Source of the DNA: Spirochaetia bacterium
GTDB lineage: Bacteria > Spirochaetota > Spirochaetia > UBA9216
Direction: 5' to 3'
DNA length: 64,000 nt
NCBI GenBank assembly: GCA_963675665.1
Contig: OY776510.1
Coordinates: 512,001-576,000 of the forward strand
Each line of letters starts with the position of its first letter. Position 1 is the stretch's first letter. The notes beneath the pieces are model-generated. The model was not told the DNA's origin, ran no database searches, and saw only the letters and a list, made by a program, of their open reading frames with translations. This document shows positions 9,587 through 19,746 of the stretch, one piece after another. The position numbers and the translations under genes were made by a program.

Positions 9587-11272
9587 TCAGCCCTGCTTCT
9601 CTATTTTGGCCCAGGTGTCGCGAAGGCCTACCGTTCTGTTGAATACCGGCTTTTCAGCCGTTGAATCAGGATCTACACAGAAATATCCCTGGCGAAGAAA
9701 CTGTATGCTCGAGAAAGACTTCTCTGCCGCAAGAGCCGGTTCTACACGGCAGTCGGTAATCAGTTCCAGTGAATCCGGATCAAGATCATCAAGAAAATTT
9801 CCGGTTGCCGCTCCGGGGTTTTCGGCATTAAAAAGATGAGAGTACTGCCTAACTTCAGCCTTTACAGCGTGTTCGGCTGAAACCCAGTGGCTTGTTCCCT
9901 TAACTTTGCGCCCGTCGTCGGTCCAGCCGCCTTTTGATGCGGGATCATAGGTGCAGTGAACTTCAAGGATTTCGCCTGTTGCCTCATCCTTTTTATAGTC
10001 GACGCATGTAACGTAATATGCATGCTTCAGCCTTATTTCTTTACCCGGCGCGAGCCTGAAATATTTTTTGTTCGGGGCTTCTTCCCGAAAATCATCCTGT
10101 TCTATCCAGAGCTCCCCGGAGAAAGGGATTTTCCGTGTGCCGCCATCCGGATCCTCTGGATTATTCTCGCCGTCGAACCATTCTACCTGACCCTCGGGAT
10201 AGTTATCGATTATCAGTTTCAGCGGTTTCAGGACGGCCATTCTGCGCAGCGCGCGTTTATTAAGATCTTCACGCAGACAATGTTCAAGCAGGGCGATATC
10301 CACCGTGCTGTCCACCTTTGCAACGCCGATACGCGAACAAAATTCCCTGATCGATTCGGGAGTATAACCTCGGCGTCTCATGCCGCTGATTGTAGGCATA
10401 CGCGGATCATCCCACCCGTTTACATGATTTTCCTTAACAAGCTGAAGCAGTTTCCGCTTGCTCATTACCGTATAGTTTAAATTCAACCGTGCAAATTCAA
10501 TCTGCTGCGGGTGATGAATGTCGCCGATCCGGTTGATAAACCAGTCATAAAGGGGCCTGTGGTCTTCAAACTCAAGCGTACAGATTGAGTGTGTAATCCC
10601 TTCGATTGAATCTTCAAGCCCGTGGGCCCAGTCGTACATTGGGTATATACACCACTTGTTTCCCTGCCGAGGATGTGAAGCTCTTACAATCCTGTACATA
10701 ACGGGATCCCTCATATTAAGGTTTCCTGATGATAGATCAATCTTTGCCCGAAGGGTCCTTGAACCGTCTTCAAATTCCCCGTTCTTCATTTTCTCAAAGA
10801 GTTCAAGGTTTTCCTCAATACTTCGGTCTCTGTACGGACTGGGTTTTCCCGGAGTTTTCAGGGTTCCGCGGTATTCACGGATTTCTTCGGCTGTCAGGTC
10901 GTCTACATAAGCCTTGCCGTCTTTTATCAGTGCAATTGCCCATTCATACATCTTTTCAAAGTAATCGGATGCATATAGAGCTTCTCCTCCCCAGTCGAAA
11001 CCGAGCCAGGCAACATCGTTCTGTATTGAATCAATGTATTCCTGCTCTTCCTTTGCCGGGTTTGTATCGTCAAAACGAAGGTTGCATTTACCTTTATAAT
11101 CCTGAGCTATACCGAAATTCAGACAGATGGACTTGGCGTGGCCTATATGAAGGTACCCGTTCGGCTCGGGAGGAAACCGGGTAACAACCCCGCTCCGTTT
11201 TCCCGATGCAAGATCGGCGTCTATAATATCGCGAATAAAATTCGACGGTGCTTTTTTTTCGGCGTCAGACAT
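9587..11272 (-). CDS. glnS: Glutamine--tRNA ligase
   Basis: [20 protein letters not shown] and FLRQGYF motifs. Start MSDAE with AGGAG RBS. Confidence 0.96.
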   Translation of the reverse strand: MSDAEKKAPSNFIRDIIDADLASGKRSGVVTRFPPEPNGYLHIGHAKSICLNFGIAQDYKGKCNLRFDDTNPAKEEQEYIDSIQNDVAWLGFDWGGEALYASDYFEKMYEWAIALIKDGKAYVDDLTAEEIREYRGTLKTPGKPSPYRDRSIEENLELFEKMKNGEFEDGSRTLRAKIDLSSGNLNMRDPVMYRIVRASHPRQGNKWCIYPMYDWAHGLEDSIEGITHSICTLEFEDHRPLYDWFINRIGDIHHPQQIEFARLNLNYTVMSKRKLLQLVKENHVNGWDDPRMPTISGMRRRGYTPESIREFCSRIGVAKVDSTVDIALLEHCLREDLNKRALRRMAVLKPLKLIIDNYPEGQVEWFDGENNPEDPDGGTRKIPFSGELWIEQDDFREEAPNKKYFRLAPGKEIRLKHAYYVTCVDYKKDEATGEILEVHCTYDPASKGGWTDDGRKVKGTSHWVSAEHAVKAEVRQYSHLFNAENPGAATGNFLDDLDPDSLELITDCRVEPALAAEKSFSSIQFLRQGYFCVDPDSTAEKPVFNRTVGLRDTWAKIEKQG

Positions 11273-11413
11273 AAGATTTCTCCTGTGAAACAATTGTTAT
11301 CAATTACAGTATATTCGTGGCAGGAATTTTAAAAAATCGGAGATTTTCAATCTCTTGAATTTTGAAATTCCCTCAAAAGATTAGCACAAATATCAAGTTG
11401 TGTGGAGTGGGAA

Positions 11414-12772
11414 TCAGCAGATGATCGCTTCCAGATCTATTCCATTGACCCCGGTAATCTCCGAATCAATGAAATCTCCGGCAGAAAGGCTTCCTTCTTC
11501 AGCATGAAGCACCACCAGTCCGTCAACTTCCGGTGCCTGAAGCCATGCGCGGCAGAGGTAAAGGTTTTCCTGTTCGACAGGTTCTTCAACAAGCAGCCGC
11601 TGGCGTGTTCCGATAAATCTTTGAAGCCTCGAAGAACTGATTTCTGTCTGCAGCGCCTGCAGCCGTCCAAGGGTTTTTTGGGCAGATGCTGCCCGTTTTT
11701 TAAGCTTCCTCGGCCCTTCAATATCATAGGCGGCGGTGTCTTCCTCACGGGAGTAAATAAAGAAACCGGCCCATTCAATTTGTGCCGCTGTTATAAATCG
11801 TTCAAGTTCTTCGACATCTTCGCGCCGCTCACCCGGAAACCCGAGCATGAAAGTAGTCCGAATCACAGCATCGGGAAGCTTTGCCCGGATATGATTAATA
11901 AGCTCAAGATATATATCGGCATTTCCTTTCCGGTTCATCGCCGAAAGGACCGGCGCAGAGGCATGCTGAAAAGGTATGTCAAAGTACGGAACAATCCGGC
12001 CTCCGGAAGATGCGCATATATCGAGAATTTCCGCAGGGAATTTATCAGGATGGATATAAAGCATCCTGACGATAAAATCGCCGGGCAGTTTACCAATCCC
12101 GGTCAGGAGACGGGGCAGCAGGCATTCTCCGGAATTAATATCTTCCCCGTAGGACCCAAGGTCCTGTGCAATAAGATTAATCTCTTTAATTCCCATATCA
12201 GCTGTAAGATGTTCTGTCTCTTTTATAATACTTTCAACCTGTCGGCTTCTTACAGAGCCGCGAATTATCGGAATAGCGCAAAAACTGCAGTTGTTGCTGC
12301 AGCCTTCGGACAGCTTTACATAGGAGGAAGAAGCCCCGGAAAGGAGCTCTTTTCTGCTGACGGATAATGAATCGTCAAGCTTTTCGGTGTCCGGAATTCT
12401 GACCAGCATTTTATCCGATGCCGATAACTCTTCCAGGTAATCTGCAATCCATGATACCGCGTAATTTCCGAAAATACCGTCAAGCTCAGGCATCGATTCA
12501 GAAAGTTCCGAATAATAACGCTGGGCAAGACATCCGGCGGCAACAACTGCCGCATCAGGAAATGCATCGCGAAGAGATATCAGCACATCTATCGATTCCT
12601 CTTTTGCAGGTTCAATAAATCCGCAGGTGTTTACGATTATTACTGAAGCAAGAGCCGGTTCATATGCTCTTTTCCAGCCGGCTGAATCAAGCGCCGCAAT
12701 CATGACCTCAGCGTCAACCTGATTCTTGGCACAGCCGAGATTTTCAATATAGTAAGATTTTTCTGAATTCAA
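11414..12772 (-). CDS. rimO: Ribosomal protein S12 methylthiotransferase
   Basis: LGCAKNQVD, NTCGFIEPAKEES, CSNNCSFC and APEVDG (TRAM) motifs. Confidence 0.93.
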   Translation of the reverse strand: MNSEKSYYIENLGCAKNQVDAEVMIAALDSAGWKRAYEPALASVIIVNTCGFIEPAKEESIDVLISLRDAFPDAAVVAAGCLAQRYYSELSESMPELDGIFGNYAVSWIADYLEELSASDKMLVRIPDTEKLDDSLSVSRKELLSGASSSYVKLSEGCSNNCSFCAIPIIRGSVRSRQVESIIKETEHLTADMGIKEINLIAQDLGSYGEDINSGECLLPRLLTGIGKLPGDFIVRMLYIHPDKFPAEILDICASSGGRIVPYFDIPFQHASAPVLSAMNRKGNADIYLELINHIRAKLPDAVIRTTFMLGFPGERREDVEELERFITAAQIEWAGFFIYSREEDTAAYDIEGPRKLKKRAASAQKTLGRLQALQTEISSSRLQRFIGTRQRLLVEEPVEQENLYLCRAWLQAPEVDGLVVLHAEEGSLSAGDFIDSEITGVNGIDLEAIIC

Positions 12773-12808
12773 GTGGTCCTCTTGAAAGAAAAGGATTTTA
12801 TAAGACCT

Positions 12809-13981
12809 CTAATATACCGGTACAAGCTGCAGCTCATAAACTGAGCGGTCCCTGTTGTATTCCCATTGAATACGCCGTGCTGTTACAGCTCCGGAACCGC
12901 CGAGACTGATGTCGACACCGTTAACCTTCGCCGCAAGAGCGCCCGCATTGGAAGCCCGCAACGATACTGCCGAATCTGCATCCAGTCGGAAGGTCTCTCC
13001 CTTATGAAAATACCGCTCTACACGTTCACCGCCGTCCTGCTCATATCTAAACAGACAGTAACCCCTGAAAATAATATTTAAAGTAAAAGGTTCCGTTTCT
13101 TCGGCTTCCCTGATTACAAATGTGTCAACAACACGCGACGGCGCGCCCGCCCGTCCGGTGTTTGTTCCGGAAACCGCTTCCGTACCGGCCCCGGCAGCCG
13201 GAGATTCTGCAACCGCAGGAGTCCCGGCAGCAGCCGGCTCTCTTGGTCCTTCGGATTGTACAAACCGGTCAAGATGCAGAACAAGCGAACCCGTACCGGG
13301 ATTTAAACTTCTGAGAAGCAGCCTGATATCAGCAGAGGAATCTCCGTCGAGATCCAGAAGCGCTTCTTCATCAGCGGCCATCTCCAATTCGCCCTGAGGA
13401 TATATAAATCTGGCTTTTCCTCCGATTTCCGCTATAACAAGCTGATAACTGTTCTCTTTTATCAATACGGAAACTGCATCGTTTTCATCAAATCTTTTTT
13501 CAAGCACCTCGTCGGCAAACTCGTATGTGTTTTTAACAGCAATTTTAACCTGCTTTTCCAATGCGGAGTTTCCGGCCTCGGCAGTTTCCTCTGCAGGTGT
13601 ATTTCGTCCTGCAATAAAATTCGGATAAACAAGAAAATAACCCGCAGCGCCTATTGCAAGCAGAAGGATTACAAGAATTGCAATAACAGCGCCCCTGGGA
13701 AGAGGTTTACGCTGCACAAGCAATTCTTCCATCGGTGCAGGCTGTTCCTGTATCCTGAAATTATGATAGAGATTTATCATTTCCTGCGGATCAAGGCCCA
13801 GAAATTCCGAATAGTTGCGAAGAAAACCCAGAACATATGTTTCCCCCGGAAAAGAATCATAATTCTCCGTTTCAAGAGCAGTCAGATAGCTTTTGGCAAT
13901 GTTGGTTTCCCGGGCAATCTGTTCGATTGAAAAACCCAGAGATTCTCTGGCAGATACAAGTTTCTGACCTATTGATTCCAT
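12809..13981 (-). CDS. RodZ-like HTH membrane protein
   Basis: N-terminal HTH (IGQKLVSARES...GFLRNYSEFLGLD), single TM, C-terminal SNAGAL region. Adjacent to rimO. Confidence 0.8.
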   Translation of the reverse strand: MESIGQKLVSARESLGFSIEQIARETNIAKSYLTALETENYDSFPGETYVLGFLRNYSEFLGLDPQEMINLYHNFRIQEQPAPMEELLVQRKPLPRGAVIAILVILLLAIGAAGYFLVYPNFIAGRNTPAEETAEAGNSALEKQVKIAVKNTYEFADEVLEKRFDENDAVSVLIKENSYQLVIAEIGGKARFIYPQGELEMAADEEALLDLDGDSSADIRLLLRSLNPGTGSLVLHLDRFVQSEGPREPAAAGTPAVAESPAAGAGTEAVSGTNTGRAGAPSRVVDTFVIREAEETEPFTLNIIFRGYCLFRYEQDGGERVERYFHKGETFRLDADSAVSLRASNAGALAAKVNGVDISLGGSGAVTARRIQWEYNRDRSVYELQLVPVY

Positions 13982-13985
13982 TTAA

Positions 13986-14687
13986 TCATCCTTCAGGTTC
14001 AAAGAGAAAATTCTTGATTTCATATGCTGAAGCCGGTGCTTCGTATTCAAAACGAACATCAGGTATATTCTGGTTGATTTCAATTCCCAGAAAATCAAAC
14101 TGAACTTCTTCCATTTCCGGGGTTACAGCTTTCATTCGCCGGATAAGATTATCAGCCCCTACCGACATTTCAATCTGCCTGAACCCCTGGTCGGTTGTTC
14201 GCCACTCAAGTTTGAGCTTTGTAACCATTTCGTCCGAGCCTTCATCAAGCGGCACAGGATCCGGCCCGTCGAGATAACTGATACTGTATCCCTTTTCGAG
14301 CAGCTCAAGTCCCTGGCTGCTGGCCATTGAAGCAAGCGTTGAATCGTTATGTCTTTTCAGCTTCTGGACCATCACAACAGCCTGCGACGGCAGATAAATC
14401 ATCAGATCTTCCCCGGTTACACAAATCACCTGCTCTTCAGGTTCACTGAAATCTATCCTCAGAAGATTGGGGTTTTTGTAGTAGATAGTACCAGTCGAGA
14501 CGGCATCGGTATCCCCTGCGCTCTGGGTTATTACCAGTTCCGCATCATAGTCAAACACTTCACCGTAGCGATCAGAAACCTGTTCAAAGAAACTGACTGC
14601 TGTAACAAGCTCCTGTGAAACAGTTGAGACTACCGACAGTAAAAAAAATGATATGCTGAAAATAATTATTCGTTTTGTTCTGTTCAA
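13986..14687 (-). CDS. lolA: Outer-membrane lipoprotein carrier LolA-like protein
   Basis: Signal peptide, GTIYYKNPNLLRIDFSEP, C-terminal F-x-Y-x-x-P pattern. Confidence 0.75.
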   Translation of the reverse strand: MNRTKRIIIFSISFFLLSVVSTVSQELVTAVSFFEQVSDRYGEVFDYDAELVITQSAGDTDAVSTGTIYYKNPNLLRIDFSEPEEQVICVTGEDLMIYLPSQAVVMVQKLKRHNDSTLASMASSQGLELLEKGYSISYLDGPDPVPLDEGSDEMVTKLKLEWRTTDQGFRQIEMSVGADNLIRRMKAVTPEMEEVQFDFLGIEINQNIPDVRFEYEAPASAYEIKNFLFEPEG

Positions 14688-14765
14688 ATTTCCACTTCAT
14701 TTCAAGGATGATGTTTAATTCAATATTACTGATGAGCTGTTATTTGTCAAGAGAAATCAACCGGT

Positions 14766-17177
14766 TCAGAAGCCCTGCTCATGATACAGATAACGCATCC
14801 ATTTTTCAGACAGCTTTAGCGGAGCGTTGCAGCCTGAACATATCATTCTACCTCCGTCCAGGTTCTCTTTTGCACAACCGATGCAATAGATCTTTCCGCA
14901 GACTGAACAAATGCCTGCAGGCATGTTGTCAGGCGGTTCTCCCACCAGTTTAAGAGGCGGCTGGTTTTCAATTCTTTTCGGTACTATCCATTCTTCTCCG
15001 CAGGCTGAACAGCTGAAGACGCTCATCCTTTTTCTGAAAACGACATCCTTCAGTTTGTTGTAACGGTCGGACGAAATCTCTCCCTTAAACCCGCTGAGAA
15101 GAAGGTCTGCATCGTTCAGCCGGTTTAATGATATATAAAGATCTGAAAGATTACATACAGGCTCACAAAAATCCGGCTCAAGCTCTGCAGCCCTCCGGTA
15201 TGCTGCTTCCGCCCGACTGTATTCTCCCTTAAGCAGGGACAGATTTCCCATCAGATTATAAGCCTGCGCGCTTTCACCTGTATCAAGAACTCTGACAAGA
15301 AGCTCTTCAGCCCGGGCAAAAGAATCATTCTCGATGCAGGCAGCCGCCAGGTTCAGAATAATATCAGTGCTGTTACGATCAATTTTATAAGCAGCCTCGT
15401 ATTCTTTCATTGCACCTGCAAAGTCGTTTTGCTTTGACAGAATATTGCCGCGCTGATTAAGAATTGCCGGAGTTTCACCGTCAAGAAGATTCAGGGCAGC
15501 AGTTGTACGTCCGGACTGAAACAATGCCTCGGATAAATTAACGGTTATTTCGTCGCTATCCGGTTCGGAAGCTGCCGCAGCTGTAAAAAAATCAATCGCG
15601 GCATCGGGCCTTTCTTCCTGAACGGCGGCAAGCCCGGCAAGATTCAGCACCCATGGATCTTCAGGCGCAAGATCAAGAGCCAGTTTAAGGCTGGCTTTAT
15701 AGTCTCCGCCGGTCAGAAAATGATATTCCGCCTGCTTGAAATGATAGAGGTAATACCCGGGCTCTATTTCTGCAGCCTTTTTAAAAGATGAAGAAGCCTT
15801 TCGGTTTCGGCCCTTTCCCGCTTCGATAAGCGCATTAAGATAATATACGGTACTGTCGACTGTTTTATTCTTTATAAGAGCAGTGAAAATTTTATTCGCT
15901 TCATTATAACTGCCGTCATTAAATAAAAGCTTTGCCTTGAGAATACCGGTTTCTACCCCGTCAGTTCCGCTTTTCTTATCAAGCCGTTCAAGAAAAGGAA
16001 GGATACCCTTAAGCTCTTCGTACTCTCCAAGTCTGAAATACTGCCGGGCGGCATTTCCGTACATTACTGATGCATCAGCAGCATCACCGCTTTTCTCCAG
16101 GGCTCTTGCGGCGTTCAGTGCGTACAGCGCCTGCTGTTCATCCAGTTCAAAAGCTGTTTTATATGCTTCATAAGCATTATTCCAGTTTCCCAGCGCATAC
16201 TCTGCATTTCCGAGAAGGTTTGAAGCCGCATGATTTTCCCTGCATAAGTCGGGGTAGTCCGACAGAAAATCGCGCAATTCCAGAAACCTGTTGGTCATAT
16301 ATAATATGCCTGCCCGCTGCAGAAGGTACCGGTTCCCTCGGTTGTCCGGGGGGATTCGTTCAAGAAAAGCTTCAGCCTCTTTATACATTTCCAGATTCAT
16401 GCAACAGTCGGCCGCCATCAGCAGCAATTCCGGTTCTGCCGAATCTTTATTGAGGATTTTCTTCAATTCTATAAGAGCTGCGGAATAATGACCGCTTTTT
16501 AACCGGCTTTCTGCAAAACGGGCAACAGCTTCATCGGTTATAACAGTTGTTTTAAGCCCGGCGACTGCTTTTTCCAGCTCGGCCGGACGGGATTCAATCT
16601 TTATTCTGTCAAGAAAGAAAGCGGCATTATCAGACTCATTATAATTCTGTCCGGCAAAAGAAATTCCCCCGGCAGAAAGCCCCTCATCCGACGCGGAGCC
16701 TACCCATTGGCCTTCGATAAAAAGATTCAGAGCCGCTCCGTCGGCAAGAATTGAGATATTGAACTTTTCCGGATTCATATCCGGAGCGGAAGTCCAGTCT
16801 ATAAGCACCGACGGGGTTCCGTTCAGTACCGTATCCAGCCTGAAATAGCCTTTGTCGGACACAAGAAAATAGTAATAACTGTTTTCAGCTGTTCTTCGTA
16901 TCAGAAAACCTGTTGAAGAATACCCGTTCCCGGGGGCAATACCAATCACTGCAGTCAGCAGAAAATCATCATATCTGTACAGGGGATCATCAGTCCAGGC
17001 AAAAAGATTTTTCCGGAACAGATCAAGCCGCAGTCTTCCGTTTTCAATCCGCGATTTGTAACCGTCGTCATCGAAGGCTTCAAAACGATGATCCTGAAAT
17101 ACTGAAAATGAAGTCTGCCATTTTTCAGCAACAATATCGGTCGGTTCAGCTGTTTGTTTTCTCCGGAAAAGCCTCAT
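14766..17177 (-). CDS. TPR-repeat protein with N-terminal beta-rich domain and C-terminal Cys-rich finger
   Basis: Many TPR-like helices. C-terminal CSAC, CSVC, CIGC and CSGC pairs. Confidence 0.75.
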   Translation of the reverse strand: MRLFRRKQTAEPTDIVAEKWQTSFSVFQDHRFEAFDDDGYKSRIENGRLRLDLFRKNLFAWTDDPLYRYDDFLLTAVIGIAPGNGYSSTGFLIRRTAENSYYYFLVSDKGYFRLDTVLNGTPSVLIDWTSAPDMNPEKFNISILADGAALNLFIEGQWVGSASDEGLSAGGISFAGQNYNESDNAAFFLDRIKIESRPAELEKAVAGLKTTVITDEAVARFAESRLKSGHYSAALIELKKILNKDSAEPELLLMAADCCMNLEMYKEAEAFLERIPPDNRGNRYLLQRAGILYMTNRFLELRDFLSDYPDLCRENHAASNLLGNAEYALGNWNNAYEAYKTAFELDEQQALYALNAARALEKSGDAADASVMYGNAARQYFRLGEYEELKGILPFLERLDKKSGTDGVETGILKAKLLFNDGSYNEANKIFTALIKNKTVDSTVYYLNALIEAGKGRNRKASSSFKKAAEIEPGYYLYHFKQAEYHFLTGGDYKASLKLALDLAPEDPWVLNLAGLAAVQEERPDAAIDFFTAAAASEPDSDEITVNLSEALFQSGRTTAALNLLDGETPAILNQRGNILSKQNDFAGAMKEYEAAYKIDRNSTDIILNLAAACIENDSFARAEELLVRVLDTGESAQAYNLMGNLSLLKGEYSRAEAAYRRAAELEPDFCEPVCNLSDLYISLNRLNDADLLLSGFKGEISSDRYNKLKDVVFRKRMSVFSCSACGEEWIVPKRIENQPPLKLVGEPPDNMPAGICSVCGKIYCIGCAKENLDGGRMICSGCNAPLKLSEKWMRYLYHEQGF

Positions 17178-17241
17178 TGGAATTCAGTATATGCTTCATT
17201 TTGGCCTTGTTTCAAGGGCTTTAAAACCATATATTATTGCT

Positions 17242-17937
17242 ATGGAAGATATTAAGGTTATTTCACTCGGCGGATCCATAATCGCGCCCGACAGAGTAGA
17301 TGTTGATTTTCTTAAAGAATTTCATAAAGAAGTTCTGAGTTATCTGGATAAAGACATCCGCAGAAAACTGATTTTTGTTACGGGGGGCGGCGGCCCGGCC
17401 CGCGCTTACCAAACCGCTTACAGGGAAATCTCTGATAACACCGACAGCGGTCTTCAGGACTGGATCGGTATTGCCGCCACAAGACTTAATGCCCAACTGG
17501 TTAAAGGTATTTTCGGTAATCTCTGCAAAAATGAAGTTGTAACGGACCCTACGGAACCGGGCTCTTTCGAAGGGAGAATAATGGTTGCAGCCGGATGGAA
17601 ACCCGGCTGGTCGACAGATTTTGATGCAGTAGTGCTTGCAGAACGCTTCGGTGCGGATACAGTAATCAACCTGTCAAATATATCGAAGGTGTATTCGGAT
17701 GATCCCAAAACAAACCCGGACGCCGTTCCGCTCGACAGGATGTGCTGGGCTGAACTCAAAGCCCTTGTCGGTGATGAGTGGGTTCCCGGGAAAAACGTGC
17801 CTTTCGACCCGGTTGCGACAAACAAGGCGGCCGAACTCAAACTGAAAGTTATAACGGCTGCGGGAAAAGATATAAAAAATATGGCGGATATTCTTGAAGG
17901 CCGGGAATTTACCGGTACCGAGATAGGCCCGGAATAA
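17242..17937 (+). CDS. pyrH: UMP kinase (archaeal/spirochaete type)
   Basis: ISLGGS, VTGGGGPARAY, DWIGIAATRLNA and PGWSTD motifs. Confidence 0.92.
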   Translation: MEDIKVISLGGSIIAPDRVDVDFLKEFHKEVLSYLDKDIRRKLIFVTGGGGPARAYQTAYREISDNTDSGLQDWIGIAATRLNAQLVKGIFGNLCKNEVVTDPTEPGSFEGRIMVAAGWKPGWSTDFDAVVLAERFGADTVINLSNISKVYSDDPKTNPDAVPLDRMCWAELKALVGDEWVPGKNVPFDPVATNKAAELKLKVITAAGKDIKNMADILEGREFTGTEIGPE

Positions 17938-17955
17938 ACTTCCCGTTTACAGGCG

Positions 17956-17990
17956 CAGGTGCGAACAGCAGCTTCGCACCTGTTATTTAT
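17956..17990 (+). terminator. Hairpin after pyrH (terminator and/or activator site)
   Basis: CAGGTGCGAA-N7-TTCGCACCTG followed by TTATTTAT. Confidence 0.6.
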
Positions 17991-18152
17991 TTACCATGTA
18001 AAGATTTATTTTATAATATCAGTGAATTTCCATTCTTTTTTTCTTTCTTTTTACGCAGCAATCGGATAAATTGCAATCTCATTAAACAGCTAATCAAGGC
18101 TATTTCCTTACAATACAAAGATTTAAGAAATACATAATCCAAAACGCACTTT

Positions 18153-18168
18153 TGGCATAATTTTTGCA
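18153..18168 (+). promoter_or_regulatory. sigma54 (-24/-12) promoter
   Basis: TGGCATAATTTTTGCA gives exact GG-N10-GC spacing, about 55 nt upstream of the ATG at 18224. Confidence 0.8.
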
Positions 18169-18223
18169 ATATTATATTTATAAATGCACAAGTTCAGTAC
18201 TGCATAATGAAGGAGAAGAGAAT

Positions 18224-19699
18224 ATGGAAAAAATGAATAATCCTTTGCTGAGAAGGATTCTGTTCAACAGAATGGTAAAAGGTTTTTCCGGCAAAAGACG
18301 CGACCTTGAACTGCTTGTTGAATATACAAATAAATATCTTGATGCGGATGACACACTCAGCTACTTCATAAACGGCATCGGTAAATCTTTAAATGAAAAC
18401 ACTCCTTTTCATGAAATCTTTTTGAGAGTCGGAAAAGAATTAAGCAACAGCTACAAGAAAAAGATTCTGACCAATCTGGTTTACAATCATTTTTATAAAG
18501 GCGCCGCCGTCAGAAATGAAATAAGAAAGAACCCGCAGGAAAAATGGATGCCGAATTTTGTAACAGTAAGTCCGACGATGCGGTGCAATCTCAGATGCCA
18601 GGGCTGCTACTCCGGGCTGTATTTAAAAGACGGAGAACTCTCCGAGTCCGAACTCGACAGCATTTTTACCCAGTTGAAAGAAAACGGGTCATACTTTGTA
18701 GTAATTTCCGGCGGAGAACCATGGGTAATGAAGGATGTTCTGTTAAGGCTTTTCAGGAAACATAACGATATGTTCTTTTTAACATACACAAACAGCACAC
18801 TTCTTGACAAAGAGACCTGCAAGAAACTTGCAAAACTCGGAAATGTCGCCGCGGCGATATCGGTTGAAGGATGGGAAAAGGAAACGGACGCGCGCCGCGG
18901 CAAGGGGATTTGGCAGAAAATTCACACGGCAATGGCCAACCTCAGGGAACAGGGCGTTCTGTTCGGCATTTCAGTAACTGTAACCCGTAATAATTTTGAC
19001 GTTGTTACCGACGACAAGCTTCTGGAACACTTCCTGGATCTCGGCGCGATCTTCGGCTGGTTCTTCGTTTTCATGCCTGTAGGAAAAGATCCCCTTCTTG
19101 ATCTTGTGCCGACCCCGGAACAGCGTGTAATGACCGGAAAAAGAGTAAAAGCCCTTAGAGCAAAATATCCTCTGTTTCTTGCCGATTTCTGGAACGACGG
19201 AGAGATTGTCGGAGGCTGCCTGGCCGGAGGAAGACAGTACCTGCATATTCTTAATTCAGGAAACGTTGAAGCCTGTGTATTTGCCCACTTCGGAGTTGAT
19301 AATATCAGGGACAAACCTCTTATCGATATCTTCAACAGCCCGTTTTTCAAGGAAATCAGGGGTTCATTTCCGTATAATGAAAGCGCCAACCTGCGAAGAC
19401 CATGCATGATTATAGATAATCCGGAAGTACTCAGAAACGCTGTTCACAAGCATGTGGCCAAAGAAGCACATGCAGGCTCCGAGGACATAGTAAACGATCC
19501 AAAAGTTATGGAATTCATAGACGAATACTCGGAAAAAGTAAAAGCACTTACCGAAACCGGTTGGGAAAAAGACACCAATACTCCGGGTTTCCGGTGGTAC
19601 AAGGAAGAACCCAGGTATGAAAAACTGTGGGAATTCAAGAGTGATGAAGAAATTCCCGCAACAGTTAAAAATGAAGAGGAAAAACCCGTAGAAGTCTAA
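18224..19699 (+). CDS. Radical SAM protein with SPASM/twitch-like C-terminal region
   Basis: CNLRCQGC, SGGEP, YTN, GCLAGG...EACVF and RPCMIID motifs. AAGGAG RBS. Confidence 0.85.
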   Translation: MEKMNNPLLRRILFNRMVKGFSGKRRDLELLVEYTNKYLDADDTLSYFINGIGKSLNENTPFHEIFLRVGKELSNSYKKKILTNLVYNHFYKGAAVRNEIRKNPQEKWMPNFVTVSPTMRCNLRCQGCYSGLYLKDGELSESELDSIFTQLKENGSYFVVISGGEPWVMKDVLLRLFRKHNDMFFLTYTNSTLLDKETCKKLAKLGNVAAAISVEGWEKETDARRGKGIWQKIHTAMANLREQGVLFGISVTVTRNNFDVVTDDKLLEHFLDLGAIFGWFFVFMPVGKDPLLDLVPTPEQRVMTGKRVKALRAKYPLFLADFWNDGEIVGGCLAGGRQYLHILNSGNVEACVFAHFGVDNIRDKPLIDIFNSPFFKEIRGSFPYNESANLRRPCMIIDNPEVLRNAVHKHVAKEAHAGSEDIVNDPKVMEFIDEYSEKVKALTETGWEKDTNTPGFRWYKEEPRYEKLWEFKSDEEIPATVKNEEEKPVEV

Positions 19700-19745
19700 G
19701 CTTAAAAGCTTAAAAGCTTAAGCGAAAGCTTTTAAGCTTTCGCTT
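19698..19745. terminator. Bidirectional hairpin preceded by (AAGCTTAA)x3
   Basis: AAGCGAAAGCTT-TT-AAGCTTTCGCTT at 19720-19745, between convergent genes. Confidence 0.65.
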
Positions 19746-19746
19746 C

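Noticed and set aside
11402-12367. 321-aa plus-strand ORF
   Set aside because: Antisense shadow of rimO with no recognisable motifs.
17242-17937. Archaeal-type pyrH as a recent horizontal transfer
   Set aside because: This UMP kinase type is already known from spirochaetes, so it is not unusual here.
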